Assembly: GCA_027008705.1 (NCBI GenBank) | Contig: JALVEB010000188.1 | Location: forward strand, 1 to 62,325 | DNA length: 62,325 nucleotides | Origin: Sedimenticola sp. | Lineage (GTDB): Bacteria > Pseudomonadota > Gammaproteobacteria > Chromatiales > Chromatiaceae | Direction: 5' to 3' | Shown: positions 48,068-58,480 of the stretch, piece after piece | Layout: each line of letters begins with the position of its first letter | How positions within the stretch are numbered: the stretch's first letter is position 1 | Made by a program: the position numbers and the translations under genes | Notes under the pieces: model-generated | The model's database searches: none | Told to the model about the DNA's origin: nothing | The model's input: the letters and a program-made list of their open reading frames with translations, nothing else

Positions 48068-49480
48068 CTACATCTCCGGTCGCGGTCCGAGGAAGCGGCC
48101 TTCCTCGGTGGTTTCGAGTCCCGGCTGGGTCAGGGATTCCAGGTGGAAGCGGATGTCGTTGCCCGGCTGAGGCAGGTTCTCGGGATCGACCTGCACGCGT
48201 ACCGGAACCGAGACGACCTCGCCGGGCGGCGCCTCGATGAGATCGGAGCGGGCGATCAGCTTGGCGTCCTTCAGCCCCTCGACGTCGAGCTTGAACTTCT
48301 GTGGCCGGTTGGTCATGTTGACCACCTTCAGCGTATAGACGTTCTCGATCAGGCCTTCGTCGGTCTCGTTGTACAGCGTGTTGCGGTCACGCAGAATATC
48401 CAGCTCCAGCGGCACGCGGGTGGCGATGGCGTAGACCAGCGCGCCGAACAGGATCAGCAGCAGCGTGGCGTAGACGATTACGCGCGGGCGCAGGATATGG
48501 GTATGTTCACCCTCCAGCGCGCGCTCGGTGGTATAGCGCACCAGTCCCTTCGGATAGTTCATCTTCTCCATCACGTCGTCGCAGATGTCGATGCAGGCGG
48601 CGCAGCCGATGCACTGGTATTGCAGGCCGTCGCGGATATCGATGCCGGTCGGGCAGACCTGCACGCACATCGTGCAGTCGATACAGTCACCAAGGCCGAG
48701 TTCGCGCGGATTGGCTGATTTCTTGCGCGGTCCGCGCGGTTCGCCACGCTTTTCGTCATAGGCGACGAGCAGGGTGTCCTTGTCGAACATCGCACTCTGG
48801 AAGCGGGCGTAGGGGCACATGTAGATGCATACCTGTTCGCGCATCCAGCCGGCATTGCCATAAGTGGCGAAGCCATAGAACAGGATCCAGAAGGTTTCCC
48901 ACGGACCAAGCTGGAAATGGATCAGTTCGTTCCACAACTCATGGATCGGCGTGAACCAGCCGACGAAGGTGAAGCCGGTCCATAGCGAGAACAGGATCCA
49001 GATCAGGTGCTTGGTGAATTTGATGCGGAACTTGCGCGCCGACATCGGCTGCTTGTCGAGCTTGATCTGCTGCTGGCGCGAGCCTTCGACCTTGCGCTCG
49101 ATCCATAGGAAGATCTCGGTCCACACGGTTTGCGGACAGGCGTAGCCGCACCACAGTCTGCCGGCCAGCGCGGTGAACAGGAACAGCGACAGCGCGGCGA
49201 TGATCAGCAGCAGCGCCAGATAGATGAAATCCTGCGGCCAGAAGGTCAGGCCGAAGATATAGAACTTGCGCGCCGGAAGATCGAACAGCACCGCCTGGTG
49301 TCCGTTCCATTGCAGCCATGGCAGACCATAGAAGATGCCCAGCAGGGCGATCATCGCCAGCGTGCGCATGCGCGCGAAGATGCCATGCACCTCCCGTGGA
49401 TAGATCTTCTGGCGCTTCTTGTAGAGTTCGTTCTCGACCTCTTGATCGACGGTCGGTTTCTTCCCAGCGGTTGCGGACAT
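48068..49480 (-). CDS. ccoG: Cytochrome c oxidase accessory protein CcoG (FixG), polyferredoxin
   Basis: CIDCTMCVQVCP and CIGCAACIDIC 4Fe-4S motifs plus N-terminal TM helices. Confidence 0.88.
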   Translation of the reverse strand: MSATAGKKPTVDQEVENELYKKRQKIYPREVHGIFARMRTLAMIALLGIFYGLPWLQWNGHQAVLFDLPARKFYIFGLTFWPQDFIYLALLLIIAALSLFLFTALAGRLWCGYACPQTVWTEIFLWIERKVEGSRQQQIKLDKQPMSARKFRIKFTKHLIWILFSLWTGFTFVGWFTPIHELWNELIHFQLGPWETFWILFYGFATYGNAGWMREQVCIYMCPYARFQSAMFDKDTLLVAYDEKRGEPRGPRKKSANPRELGLGDCIDCTMCVQVCPTGIDIRDGLQYQCIGCAACIDICDDVMEKMNYPKGLVRYTTERALEGEHTHILRPRVIVYATLLLILFGALVYAIATRVPLELDILRDRNTLYNETDEGLIENVYTLKVVNMTNRPQKFKLDVEGLKDAKLIARSDLIEAPPGEVVSVPVRVQVDPENLPQPGNDIRFHLESLTQPGLETTEEGRFLGPRPEM

Positions 49481-49576
49481 GATGGTGACCTAAAATATAA
49501 GTAGTTTATAAAATTCGGTAGTTATAATTTGTTTTCGGTGTGCTGTCTTTAATCCAGCGCAAAGCACTTTTATCAC

Positions 49577-49858
49577 TCAGTCGATCCTTGGACGATGGAC
49601 CGGCTTGCGGAAGTAGCAGGTCATGCCGCAGGAGATCGCGGTCATCAGCCAGAAGGCGAAGAAACCGATGGTGTAGCCGCCGGTGCGGGTCAGCTCGGGA
49701 TAGCCGGCCAGGCGACCGAGATCGGCGGGGTCGAACAGTGAGAAGAACAACACGGTGGCGAGGCTGGCCACCAAAAAGGAGGGCCACAATACCGAGACGA
49801 CCCGCTGGATGGTCGGCAGTTCCTGTTGCTCCTTGTAGATCGTGGGGTTTTTTTGCAT
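49577..49858 (-). CDS. Small two-TM membrane protein (93 aa), unknown function
   Basis: MQKNPTIYKEQQELPTIQRVVSVLWPSFLVASLATVLFF... with a GGAGCGGAAAA RBS-like sequence. Lies between ccoP and ccoG. Confidence 0.5.
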   Translation of the reverse strand: MQKNPTIYKEQQELPTIQRVVSVLWPSFLVASLATVLFFSLFDPADLGRLAGYPELTRTGGYTIGFFAFWLMTAISCGMTCYFRKPVHRPRID

Positions 49859-49870
49859 TTTTCCGCTCCA

Positions 49871-49898
49871 AAAAAATAACCCGGTAGAAACTACCGGG
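49871..49898 (-). terminator. Rho-independent terminator after ccoP
   Basis: On the minus strand: cccggtag-tttc-taccggg followed by ttattttttt. Confidence 0.65.
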
Positions 49899-49965
49899 CA
49901 AAGGGGGTTTGGATCAAGCGCCGCCATGCCCGTCGCTCGCGGGCATGGCGGTTGTCTTGCGGGTC

Positions 49966-50859
49966 TCAGCCGCCATGCGACAGGCTGTAGACATAGCCCG
50001 CGAGCACATGCACCTTGTCCTTGCCGAGCAGATCCTTGTGCGCCGGCATCTTGCCGTTGCGGCCGTCGGAGATGGTCTTCTTGATGGTCGCCAGGGTGCC
50101 ACCATAGAGCCAAGTCTTGTCGGTCAGGTTCGGCGCGCCGAGCATCGGGTTGCCCTTGCCGTCCATGCCGTGGCAGGCGGCGCAGTTGGTCTGGAAGATC
50201 TTCTTGCCTTCCTCGGCCTTGGCGGCGTCGACGTTCTTGCGTCCGGACAGCGAGGCGACGTAGTTGGCGACCTTGTCGACGCCATCGTCACCGAGGATCG
50301 GTTTCCAGGTCGGCATTGCGGCCTGACGGCCGTTCAGAATGGTTTCCTCGATCTTCTCCGGAGTGCCTCCCCACAGCCAGTCCTTGTCGGTCAGGTTCGG
50401 GAAACCACGGGCGCCCTTGGCATCGGAACCGTGACACTGCATGCAGTAGGTCAGGAACAGGTGCCGGCCGGTTTTGACTGCTTCGGGATCGGCGGCCAAT
50501 GCCGGGATCGGCATCTTGGCGTACTTCGCGAAGATCGGCGCGTACTTGGCCTCGGCGGCCTTGATCTCCTCGTCGTACTGGTTGGTTTCCGACCAGCCGC
50601 TGACACCGTGCCAGTTTCCGACGCCGTAGATCACCAGATAGATCGCGGAAAAGATCAAGGTACCGTAGAATAGCCACAGCCACCAGCGCGGCAGCGGGTT
50701 GTTATACTCTTGCAAGGTACCGTCCCAGGTATGACCGGTGACGTCGCCCTGCGCCGCCTCGCCCTGGCGGGACTTCATCGTCCAGCGGATCAGCCACCAG
50801 CAGGCGAGGATGTTGCCGACGGTGAGTGTCCACACCCAGCCGCTCCAGAATGAACTCAT
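49966..50859 (-). CDS. ccoP: cbb3-type cytochrome c oxidase subunit III (diheme)
   Basis: N-terminal TM segment plus CMQCH and CAACH. Confidence 0.92.
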   Translation of the reverse strand: MSSFWSGWVWTLTVGNILACWWLIRWTMKSRQGEAAQGDVTGHTWDGTLQEYNNPLPRWWLWLFYGTLIFSAIYLVIYGVGNWHGVSGWSETNQYDEEIKAAEAKYAPIFAKYAKMPIPALAADPEAVKTGRHLFLTYCMQCHGSDAKGARGFPNLTDKDWLWGGTPEKIEETILNGRQAAMPTWKPILGDDGVDKVANYVASLSGRKNVDAAKAEEGKKIFQTNCAACHGMDGKGNPMLGAPNLTDKTWLYGGTLATIKKTISDGRNGKMPAHKDLLGKDKVHVLAGYVYSLSHGG

Positions 50860-51032
50860 GACAGGTTCTCCTTTTTAAGGGTTTCAGCGTCGATCACGTC
50901 ATCCGCGAACGGCAGGTTCGCGGCCTCGGAGAACGGCTGCTTGCGCCGCTTGCTCCAGGCCCAGGCCCAGACGCCGATGAATGCGATGAATGCGGCAACG
51001 GTGTGCCAGGATCTGAAATCGTTGATATCCAT
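50856..51032 (-). CDS. ccoQ: cbb3-type cytochrome c oxidase subunit IV (CcoQ), 58 aa, not in the ORF track
   Basis: Manual translation gives MDINDFRSWHTVAAFIAFIGVWAWAWSKRRKQPFSEAANLPFADDVIDAETLKKENLS. It has a single TM segment, and its stop overlaps the ccoP ATG (ATGA). Confidence 0.8.
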   Translation of the reverse strand: MDINDFRSWHTVAAFIAFIGVWAWAWSKRRKQPFSEAANLPFADDVIDAETLKKENLS

Positions 51033-51041
51033 TCCATCACC

Positions 51042-51659
51042 TCACAATGCCGTGCCCAGGCCCTGCAGGTAGGCAACCAGCGCTTGCGCTTCGGTCTTGC
51101 CCGCCACCGCGGCCTTGGCGTTTTTCATGTCTTCCTCGGTGTACAGCTCACACTTCGGGCAGGTCAGGCCGATGACGACATTCAAGGCCTTCATCTTCTT
51201 GGCGGTGTCCTCGCCGGTCAGTTTGTTCTCGAACAGCCAGGTAAAGGCGGGCATGTTCGAGGCCGGCACGACATCGCGCGGGTTGTACAGATGCGCGAAG
51301 TGCCAGGCGTCGCTGTAACGGCCGCCGACGCGGGCCAGATCCGGACCGGTGCGCTTGGAGCCCCACAGGAAGGGATGGTCATAGACCGATTCGCCGGCGA
51401 CCGAATAGTGGCCGTAGCGCTCGGTTTCGGCGCGGAACGGACGGATCATCTGCGAGTGGCAGTTGTTGCATCCCTCGCGGATGAAGATGTCGCGTCCTTC
51501 CAGGCGCAGCGCCGAGTAGCGCTCGACGCCCTTCACCGGCTCGGTGGTGTCCTTCATGAAGAACAGGGGCACGATCTCGGCCAGGCCGCCGATGCTGATG
51601 ACGATCAGGATCATCAACGCCATCAGGCCGACGTTCTTTTCGACTATTTCATGTGACAT
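51042..51659 (-). CDS. ccoO: cbb3-type cytochrome c oxidase subunit II (monoheme)
   Basis: [20 protein letters not shown]..., CNNCH motif and a GGAGGT RBS. The listed longer ORF runs out of frame into ccoN. Confidence 0.92.
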   Translation of the reverse strand: MSHEIVEKNVGLMALMILIVISIGGLAEIVPLFFMKDTTEPVKGVERYSALRLEGRDIFIREGCNNCHSQMIRPFRAETERYGHYSVAGESVYDHPFLWGSKRTGPDLARVGGRYSDAWHFAHLYNPRDVVPASNMPAFTWLFENKLTGEDTAKKMKALNVVIGLTCPKCELYTEEDMKNAKAAVAGKTEAQALVAYLQGLGTAL

Positions 51660-51679
51660 GTTTGCATACCTCCGTGGTC

Positions 51680-53095
<1,416 letters not shown>

Positions 53096-53225
53096 TGGCT
53101 TGTCTCCAAAGTAATGAGCGCTACGAAAATCACGAAAGAAAACCCCTCGGGCAGGGATGGCCCACGGGGGCCGAAGAGGGTGATTTCAGTCTCGGATAAT
53201 ATGCTGAAGTGCTTGCGGGCGGGCA

Positions 53226-53239
53226 TTGATCCAGGTCAA
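53226..53239. promoter_or_regulatory. FNR/Anr box upstream of ccoN
   Basis: TTGATCCAGGTCAA (consensus TTGAT-N4-ATCAA) with a TATTAT -10-like hexamer about 25 nt downstream on the minus strand. It lies about 135 nt upstream of the ccoN ATG. Confidence 0.7.
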
Positions 53240-53304
53240 GAAGCCGACAAAAAACCCCGTCGGGACATGGATTTGCATTTTGCGGCGCAAGCTTGGGAAG
53301 GGGC

Positions 53305-54063
53305 TCAGGGCAGCAGCTGGCGACCGTGACAATGAGGGTTTTTCTCGCACAACTCGTCGAGGCGGTCCATGTCGAGCAGGCGCACGAACTTGCGATCCAC
53401 CTGCAACAGCCCTTCTTGCTGCATGCGCGTGAACAAGCGGCTGACGGTCTCGACCGCCAGGCCCAGGTAGCTGGCGATGTCGTGGCGCGACATGCTGAGG
53501 TTGAACTCGGTGGCCGAGAAGCCGCGCTGCGCGAGGCGCCGGGACAGGCTGAGCAGGAAGGTGGCGAGACGCTCGTCGGCGCTGCGGTTGCCGAGCAGCA
53601 TTAACATGTTGGTGTCCTTGCTGATCTCGCCGCTCATCAGACGGAAGACCTGGTGTTGCAGGCTCGGCAGCTGGGTGGCCAGGGTTTCGAGCTGGAGAAA
53701 CGGGATCTTGCAGATGCTGGAGGTCTCCAGCGCCTTCGCCGAGCAACCGTGTTGGTTGTCGAGGATGGCGTCGAGGCCGATCAGCTCGCCGGGCAGATGG
53801 AAGCCCAGCACCTGCTCGCCGCCGTCGGCGCTCTGCACGAAGGTCTTGAAGCTGCCGGTTTTGACCGCGTAGATGTTCTGGAAAGGGTCGCCGATGTGGA
53901 ACAGCGCTTCGCCACGCTGGATCGGGCGGCTGCGCTTGACGATCTGGTCCAGCTTCTCGACATCGGCCTCCTTCAGACCCAGCGGCAGGCACAAAGCCGA
54001 CAGCGTGCAGTTTTGACAGGCGACCTTGATTTTATCGAGCGAAACGACACGGGGGTTGGGCAC
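53305..54063 (-). CDS. fnr: Oxygen-sensing FNR/Anr transcriptional regulator
   Basis: N-terminal Cys cluster ACQNCTLSALC, a further Cys at HGCSA, and HTH MSRHDIASYLGLAVETVSRLF. Confidence 0.88.
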   Translation of the reverse strand: MPNPRVVSLDKIKVACQNCTLSALCLPLGLKEADVEKLDQIVKRSRPIQRGEALFHIGDPFQNIYAVKTGSFKTFVQSADGGEQVLGFHLPGELIGLDAILDNQHGCSAKALETSSICKIPFLQLETLATQLPSLQHQVFRLMSGEISKDTNMLMLLGNRSADERLATFLLSLSRRLAQRGFSATEFNLSMSRHDIASYLGLAVETVSRLFTRMQQEGLLQVDRKFVRLLDMDRLDELCEKNPHCHGRQLLP

Positions 54064-54104
54064 GTTTTTATCTCCGATCCGGTGGCGTCATTCTGAACGC
54101 TGGA

Positions 54105-54118
54105 TTGATATGGATCAA
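54105..54118. promoter_or_regulatory. Perfect FNR box in the fnr / ABC-transporter divergent intergenic region
   Basis: TTGATATGGATCAA. Confidence 0.7.
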
Positions 54119-54238
54119 GTGCATCTTGAGCGGACAGCCTGTTGAAGAAAAGGGGAATCTGGCGTTTCGATACATGGCTGCCGCCGAGCCGGGATTCGCG
54201 CTACACTGTCGTCCTTTCGGAGACCCGGATCCCAATCC

Positions 54239-55153
54239 ATGGATGCGCTCGAGCTGCAAGATCTGCGCAAGACCTACCGAGGCGGTCACGAGGCGCTGAA
54301 GGGTATCGAACTGTGCGTGCCGGAGGGCGAGTTCTTCGCGCTGCTCGGCCCGAACGGCGCCGGTAAATCGACCGCGATCGGCATCATCGCCTCGCTGGTG
54401 ACCAAGACCAGCGGGCGCGTGCGCGTGTTCGGCCATGACCTTGATCGCGATCCGATGGGCGTGCGCCGCGCGATCGGGCTGGTGCCGCAGGAATTCAATT
54501 TCAACCAGTTCGAGCCGGTCGAGGAGATCGTCATCAACCAGGCCGGTTTCCAGGGAATCCCGCGTCGCGAGGCCCGTGCGCGCGCGGAATCCGAGCTGCG
54601 CCAGCTTGACCTCTGGGACAAGCGCCGGGTCAGCGCGCGCGAGCTCTCCGGCGGCATGAAGCGGCGTTTGATGATCGCGCGCGCGCTGGTTCACCGGCCG
54701 CCGTTGCTGATTCTCGATGAGCCTACCGCCGGTGTCGATGTCGAGATCCGCAACAGCATGTGGGAATTCCTGCAAGATCTCAACCGCCAGGGCACGACGA
54801 TCATCCTGACCACGCATTATCTCGAAGAAGCCGAGGCCTTGTGCCGGCATATCGCGATCATCGACCACGGGCGCATCGTCGAGAACGCCAATATGCTCGA
54901 ATTGCTGACCCGCCTGCATCAGGAGATCCTGGTGCTGAATCTGCGCCAGCCGTTGCGCGAGCCTCCGGCGATCGAGGGCATGACGCTGCGTTGCCTCGAC
55001 CCGCTCACGCTCGAGGTGGTGGTGCGGCGGGATCAATCCTTCAATCGTCTGTTCTGCGAGTTGGAACGCCATGGCATCGAGGTGCTCAGCCTGCGCAACA
55101 AGAAGAGCCGCCTCGAACAGTTGTTCATGAACCTGCTGGGCAATGCCGCGTGA
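54239..55153 (+). CDS. ABC-2-type transporter ATP-binding protein
   Basis: Walker A GPNGAGKST, signature LSGGMKRR and Walker B LLILDEPT. Confidence 0.88.
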   Translation: MDALELQDLRKTYRGGHEALKGIELCVPEGEFFALLGPNGAGKSTAIGIIASLVTKTSGRVRVFGHDLDRDPMGVRRAIGLVPQEFNFNQFEPVEEIVINQAGFQGIPRREARARAESELRQLDLWDKRRVSARELSGGMKRRLMIARALVHRPPLLILDEPTAGVDVEIRNSMWEFLQDLNRQGTTIILTTHYLEEAEALCRHIAIIDHGRIVENANMLELLTRLHQEILVLNLRQPLREPPAIEGMTLRCLDPLTLEVVVRRDQSFNRLFCELERHGIEVLSLRNKKSRLEQLFMNLLGNAA

Positions 55154-55917
55154 ACGCGTACTGGATCGCTTTCCAGACCATCGTGGTCAAGGAGACGATG
55201 CGCTTCGTGCGCATCTGGCCGCAGACCGTGCTGCCGGCGGTGGTCACCACCACGCTGTATTTCATCATCTTCGGCCGCCTGATGGGCGAGCGCATCGGCC
55301 CGATGGATCAGATGGCCTACATCGACTTCATCGCGCCCGGGATGATCCTGATGACGGTGATCACCAACTCCTACGCCAATGTGGTCTCGTCGTTCTACAG
55401 CGGCAAGTTTCAGCGCCATGTCGAAGAGTTGCTGGTCGCCCCGGTGCCCAACGGCGTGATCCTGGCCGGCTACGTCTGCGGCGGCATCCTGCGCGGGTTG
55501 GCGGTCGGCCTTGCGGTCGGCGGCGTGGCGGCGTGGTTCGTCGATTTCCATCCGCACAGCCCGCTGCTGGTGCTGCTGGTGTTCGTGCTCACCTCGGCGG
55601 TGTTCGCCACCGGTGGCTTCATCAATGCGGTGTTCGCCAACAGCTTCGACGATATCTCGATCGTCCCGACCTTTGTCCTGACCCCGCTGACCTACCTCGG
55701 CGGAGTGTTTTATTCGATCGACCTGCTGCCGGCGGTTTGGCAGAAGGTCTCGTTGTTCAATCCGATCCTTTATATGGTCAACGCCTTCCGCTACGGCATC
55801 TACGGCGTCTCGGATATCGCGATCGGCTGGGCGCTCGCCATCATGCTCGGCTTTCTGGCGTCCTTGAGCGCTGTCGCGCTGTATCTGCTGCACAAAGGGA
55901 TCGGCATCAAGAGTTGA
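55150..55917 (+). CDS. ABC-2-type transporter permease
   Basis: About 6 TM. GTG start overlapping the ATPase stop (GTGA). N-terminus NAYWIAFQTIVVKETMRFVRIWPQTV. Confidence 0.82.
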   Translation: MNAYWIAFQTIVVKETMRFVRIWPQTVLPAVVTTTLYFIIFGRLMGERIGPMDQMAYIDFIAPGMILMTVITNSYANVVSSFYSGKFQRHVEELLVAPVPNGVILAGYVCGGILRGLAVGLAVGGVAAWFVDFHPHSPLLVLLVFVLTSAVFATGGFINAVFANSFDDISIVPTFVLTPLTYLGGVFYSIDLLPAVWQKVSLFNPILYMVNAFRYGIYGVSDIAIGWALAIMLGFLASLSAVALYLLHKGIGIKS

Positions 55918-55928
55918 CGGAGAAGCGA

Positions 55929-56609
55929 ATGGACGTGAAAACCGCGCTGAGCACGCGCAAGTCGGTGCGCGCCTATCTGAAACGTCCAGTGGAGCGCGCC
56001 GTGATCGAAGGTCTGCTCGACGCGGCCCGGCACGCGCCGTCCGGCGCCAACACCCAGCCATGGCGCGTGTGGGTGCTCAGCGGCGAGCGCAAGGCGCGTC
56101 TCGGCGCGCGCCTCGAGCAGGCGTTTCGGGAGGGCCGGCGAGGCGCGCCGGACTACGCCTACTACCCGCGTGAATGGTTCGAGCCCTACCAGTCTCGTCG
56201 TCGCGCCTGTGGCTTGCAACTTTACGAGGCCCTGCGCATCGCTCGCGATGACCGTCAGCGCCGCGCCGACCAGTGGGCGGCCAACTATCGCGCCTTCGAT
56301 GCTCCGGTCATGTTGCTGTTTTTCGTGGATCGGCGGCTGGGTGCCGGGTCTTACCTCGACTACGGCATGTTCTTGCAATCCCTGATGCTTGCCGCCGTCG
56401 AGCAAGGATTGGCGACCTGCGCGCAGGCCGCGTTGGCCGAGTACCCGGAGCTGGTGCGTGACGAACTCGGCCTCGACGACGAGTTGCGGCTGCTGTGTGG
56501 CATGGCGCTGGGGTACGAAGACCGGGATGCCCCGATCAACGCCTATCGCACGCCGCGGGAACCCGTCTCGGAGTTCACGACCTTCATCGATCATACTCGT
56601 CGCCGATGA
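55929..56609 (+). CDS. Nitroreductase-family flavoprotein
   Basis: ALSTRKSVRAYLKRPV...AARHAPSGANTQPWRV. The last few codons and the TGA lie inside MITE copy C. Confidence 0.82.
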   Translation: MDVKTALSTRKSVRAYLKRPVERAVIEGLLDAARHAPSGANTQPWRVWVLSGERKARLGARLEQAFREGRRGAPDYAYYPREWFEPYQSRRRACGLQLYEALRIARDDRQRRADQWAANYRAFDAPVMLLFFVDRRLGAGSYLDYGMFLQSLMLAAVEQGLATCAQAALAEYPELVRDELGLDDELRLLCGMALGYEDRDAPINAYRTPREPVSEFTTFIDHTRRR

Positions 56610-56742
56610 ATTTTCGGATTTTCGAGATCGTTCCCCGCGCCCGTGGGCCAGGCGCGGAAACGAGTCATAGTCCATTCCATGGCGCGCTTTCGCAACAACG
56701 CCCCGGCACCGGGGGGGGTGACGGGGCGTCGCGAGCGGTGGG
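56593..56742 (+). mobile_element. MITE-like repeat, copy C (distal terminal repeat missing or degenerate)
   Basis: atactcgtcgccgatgaattttcgg... aligns with copies B and E through ...cgcaacaacgccc and then degenerates. It sits between convergent genes. Confidence 0.75.
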
Positions 56743-56748
56743 GGGACC

Positions 56749-57840
56749 TCAGTTGTTCTGGATCACGATGTTCGGGAACTTCTGCGCATGGCTCTTGGCC
56801 TGTAGCGACAGCTTGGCCGCCGCCTTGCGCGCAATCTCGCGGTAGATCTGGGAGATGCGCGATTCCGGCTCGGCAACCACGGTCGGCTTGCCGCTGTCGG
56901 TCTCCTCGCGAATGCGGATATCGAGCGGCAGCGCGCCGAGGAAGTCCACGCCGTATTGCTCGGACATGCTGCGACCGCCGCCTTCGCCGAAGATATGCTC
57001 CTCGTGGCCGCAGTTCGAGCAGATATGGGTGCTCATGTTCTCGACGATGCCGAGCACCGGCACTTCCACCTTCTCGAACATCTTGAAACCCTTGCGCGCG
57101 TCGAGCAGGGCGATATCCTGCGGCGTGGTGACGATGATCGCGCCGCTTACCGGCACCTTCTGCGCCAGCGTCAACTGGGTGTCGCCGGTACCCGGCGGCA
57201 GGTCGATCACCAGGTAATCGAGATCGGACCAGTTGGTTTCCGAGAGCAGTTGTTCCAGCGCCTGGGTGACCATCGGCCCACGCCAGATCATCGGCGTCTC
57301 CTCATCGATCAGAAAACCGATGGACATCGATTGGATATGGTAGCTGTTGACCGGCTCCAGGGTTTTGCCGTCCTTCGATTCCGGCTGTCCGGAGACGCCG
57401 AGCATGCGCGGCTGCGACGGACCGTAGATATCGGCGTCGAGCATGCCGACGCGCGCGCCCTCGGCGGACAGCGCCAGCGCCAGGTTGACCGCGGTGGTGG
57501 ACTTGCCGACCCCGCCCTTGCCGGAGGCTACCGCGATGATGTTCTTGACATTGTCGATCGGCTTCAGCGATTTCTGCACGCTGTGCGCCTCGACCTTCCA
57601 GCTGACATCGACATTGGCGTTGTCGACGCCATCGACCGACTCGGCGGCCTGCTTCACGGCGTTGGCGATATCATCCTTGATGCCCGCGGCCGGAAAGCCG
57701 AGCACGATCTTGATATTGGCGTCATTGCCGTCGATCTGGATGTCCTTGACGGATCTGGCGCTGACCAGATCCTTGCCCAGCGTGGGCTCGATATAGGATT
57801 TCAGCGCTTCTTCGACTTGCTCTTTGGAAACTTCGGCCAT
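56749..57840 (-). CDS. apbC: Fe-S cluster carrier ATPase ApbC/Mrp
   Basis: Deviant Walker A SGKGGVGKST and the CSNCGH CXXC motif. The start is moved to MAEVSKEQ, which has an AGGAGA RBS. Confidence 0.9.
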   Translation of the reverse strand: MAEVSKEQVEEALKSYIEPTLGKDLVSARSVKDIQIDGNDANIKIVLGFPAAGIKDDIANAVKQAAESVDGVDNANVDVSWKVEAHSVQKSLKPIDNVKNIIAVASGKGGVGKSTTAVNLALALSAEGARVGMLDADIYGPSQPRMLGVSGQPESKDGKTLEPVNSYHIQSMSIGFLIDEETPMIWRGPMVTQALEQLLSETNWSDLDYLVIDLPPGTGDTQLTLAQKVPVSGAIIVTTPQDIALLDARKGFKMFEKVEVPVLGIVENMSTHICSNCGHEEHIFGEGGGRSMSEQYGVDFLGALPLDIRIREETDSGKPTVVAEPESRISQIYREIARKAAAKLSLQAKSHAQKFPNIVIQNN

Positions 57841-57930
57841 GATTCTTTCTCCTGACGACATCGGGGTTCTTCGGATGGCGGCGGATTTTACACCAATTCC
57901 CGGGAGCATATCCAAGTAATTTACTGGGTT

Positions 57931-58032
57931 ATAGGCCCGTCGCCCATGAATTTTCGGCTACCGCGACCGCCTTTCGCGCCCATGGGCGCTGAGTAGAGTA
58001 TTCTCTGGCTTGGAAAATTCATGAATGAGACG
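57931..58032 (-). mobile_element. MITE-like repeat, copy D (internally deleted, ~100 bp)
   Basis: ataggcccgtcgcccatgaattttcggctaccgcgaccgcc... ends in ggaaaattcatgaatgagacg. Its left part aligns with copy A. Confidence 0.7.
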
Positions 58033-58219
58033 CGCCCTCGCTGGTTTCTTGTTCCCGCGAGAAATGTTCTTCCGTTGCCCGTCATCCCCGATACGGGATG
58101 CCTTCAGGAAATGCCTTGTGAAAACCATCTACCGCGCGATCATCACGTGAATTCATGAACTTTCTGGGATGGATGCCAAGAGTCTTTGGGGTCATCGGGA
58201 TGGTCGCGGGGAGATGGGC

Positions 58220-58253
58220 AAAAAAACGGGGATCGGATTTTCGTCCGATCCCC
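58220..58253 (-). terminator. Orphan Rho-independent terminator (minus strand) in the apbC / tRNA-Gly spacer
   Basis: Perfect 10-bp stem ggggatcgga / tccgatcccc with a 6-nt loop. On the minus strand it is followed by ttttttt (A-run 58220-58226 on the plus strand). Confidence 0.5.
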
Positions 58254-58390
58254 AAGACACACCCCAACGCTGATGAGAATACCCCTGTTTCATCTAATGG
58301 AAATTGACTGGGGTCAAGGTTCCGGGGGAAAACGCGTGCGGGCGCGGACTTTGCCTGTTCGGTGAGCGTGGTACAATCACCTGGAGCAGC

Positions 58391-58464
58391 GCGGGTGTAG
58401 TTCAACGGTAGAACCCGAGATTCCCATTCTCGTGATGGCGGTTCGATTCCGCTCACCCGCTCCA
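58391..58464 (+). tRNA. tRNA-Gly (anticodon CCC)
   Basis: GCGGGTG acceptor pairs with CACCCGC. D arm GTTC/GAAC, anticodon stem CGAGA/TCTCG with loop TTCCCAT, T loop TTCGATT, and an encoded CCA. A TTGCCT...TACAAT promoter-like pair lies just upstream. Confidence 0.9.
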
Positions 58465-58480
58465 TTTCCTCCGAGGCCGG

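Noticed and set aside
50894-51076. Listed 60-aa ORF between ccoO and ccoP
   Set aside because: It is Ser/Pro/Arg-rich and not membrane-like. Another frame on the same strand encodes a classic single-TM CcoQ (50856..51032) with ATGA coupling to ccoP.
58155-58307. 50-codon plus-strand ORF MNFLGWMPRVFGVIGMVAGRWAKKR...
   Set aside because: There is no convincing RBS, and the ORF runs straight through the strong hairpin at 58228-58253. Its start region resembles a degenerate MITE terminal repeat (tgaattcatgaactttc). Kept only as a remote possibility.
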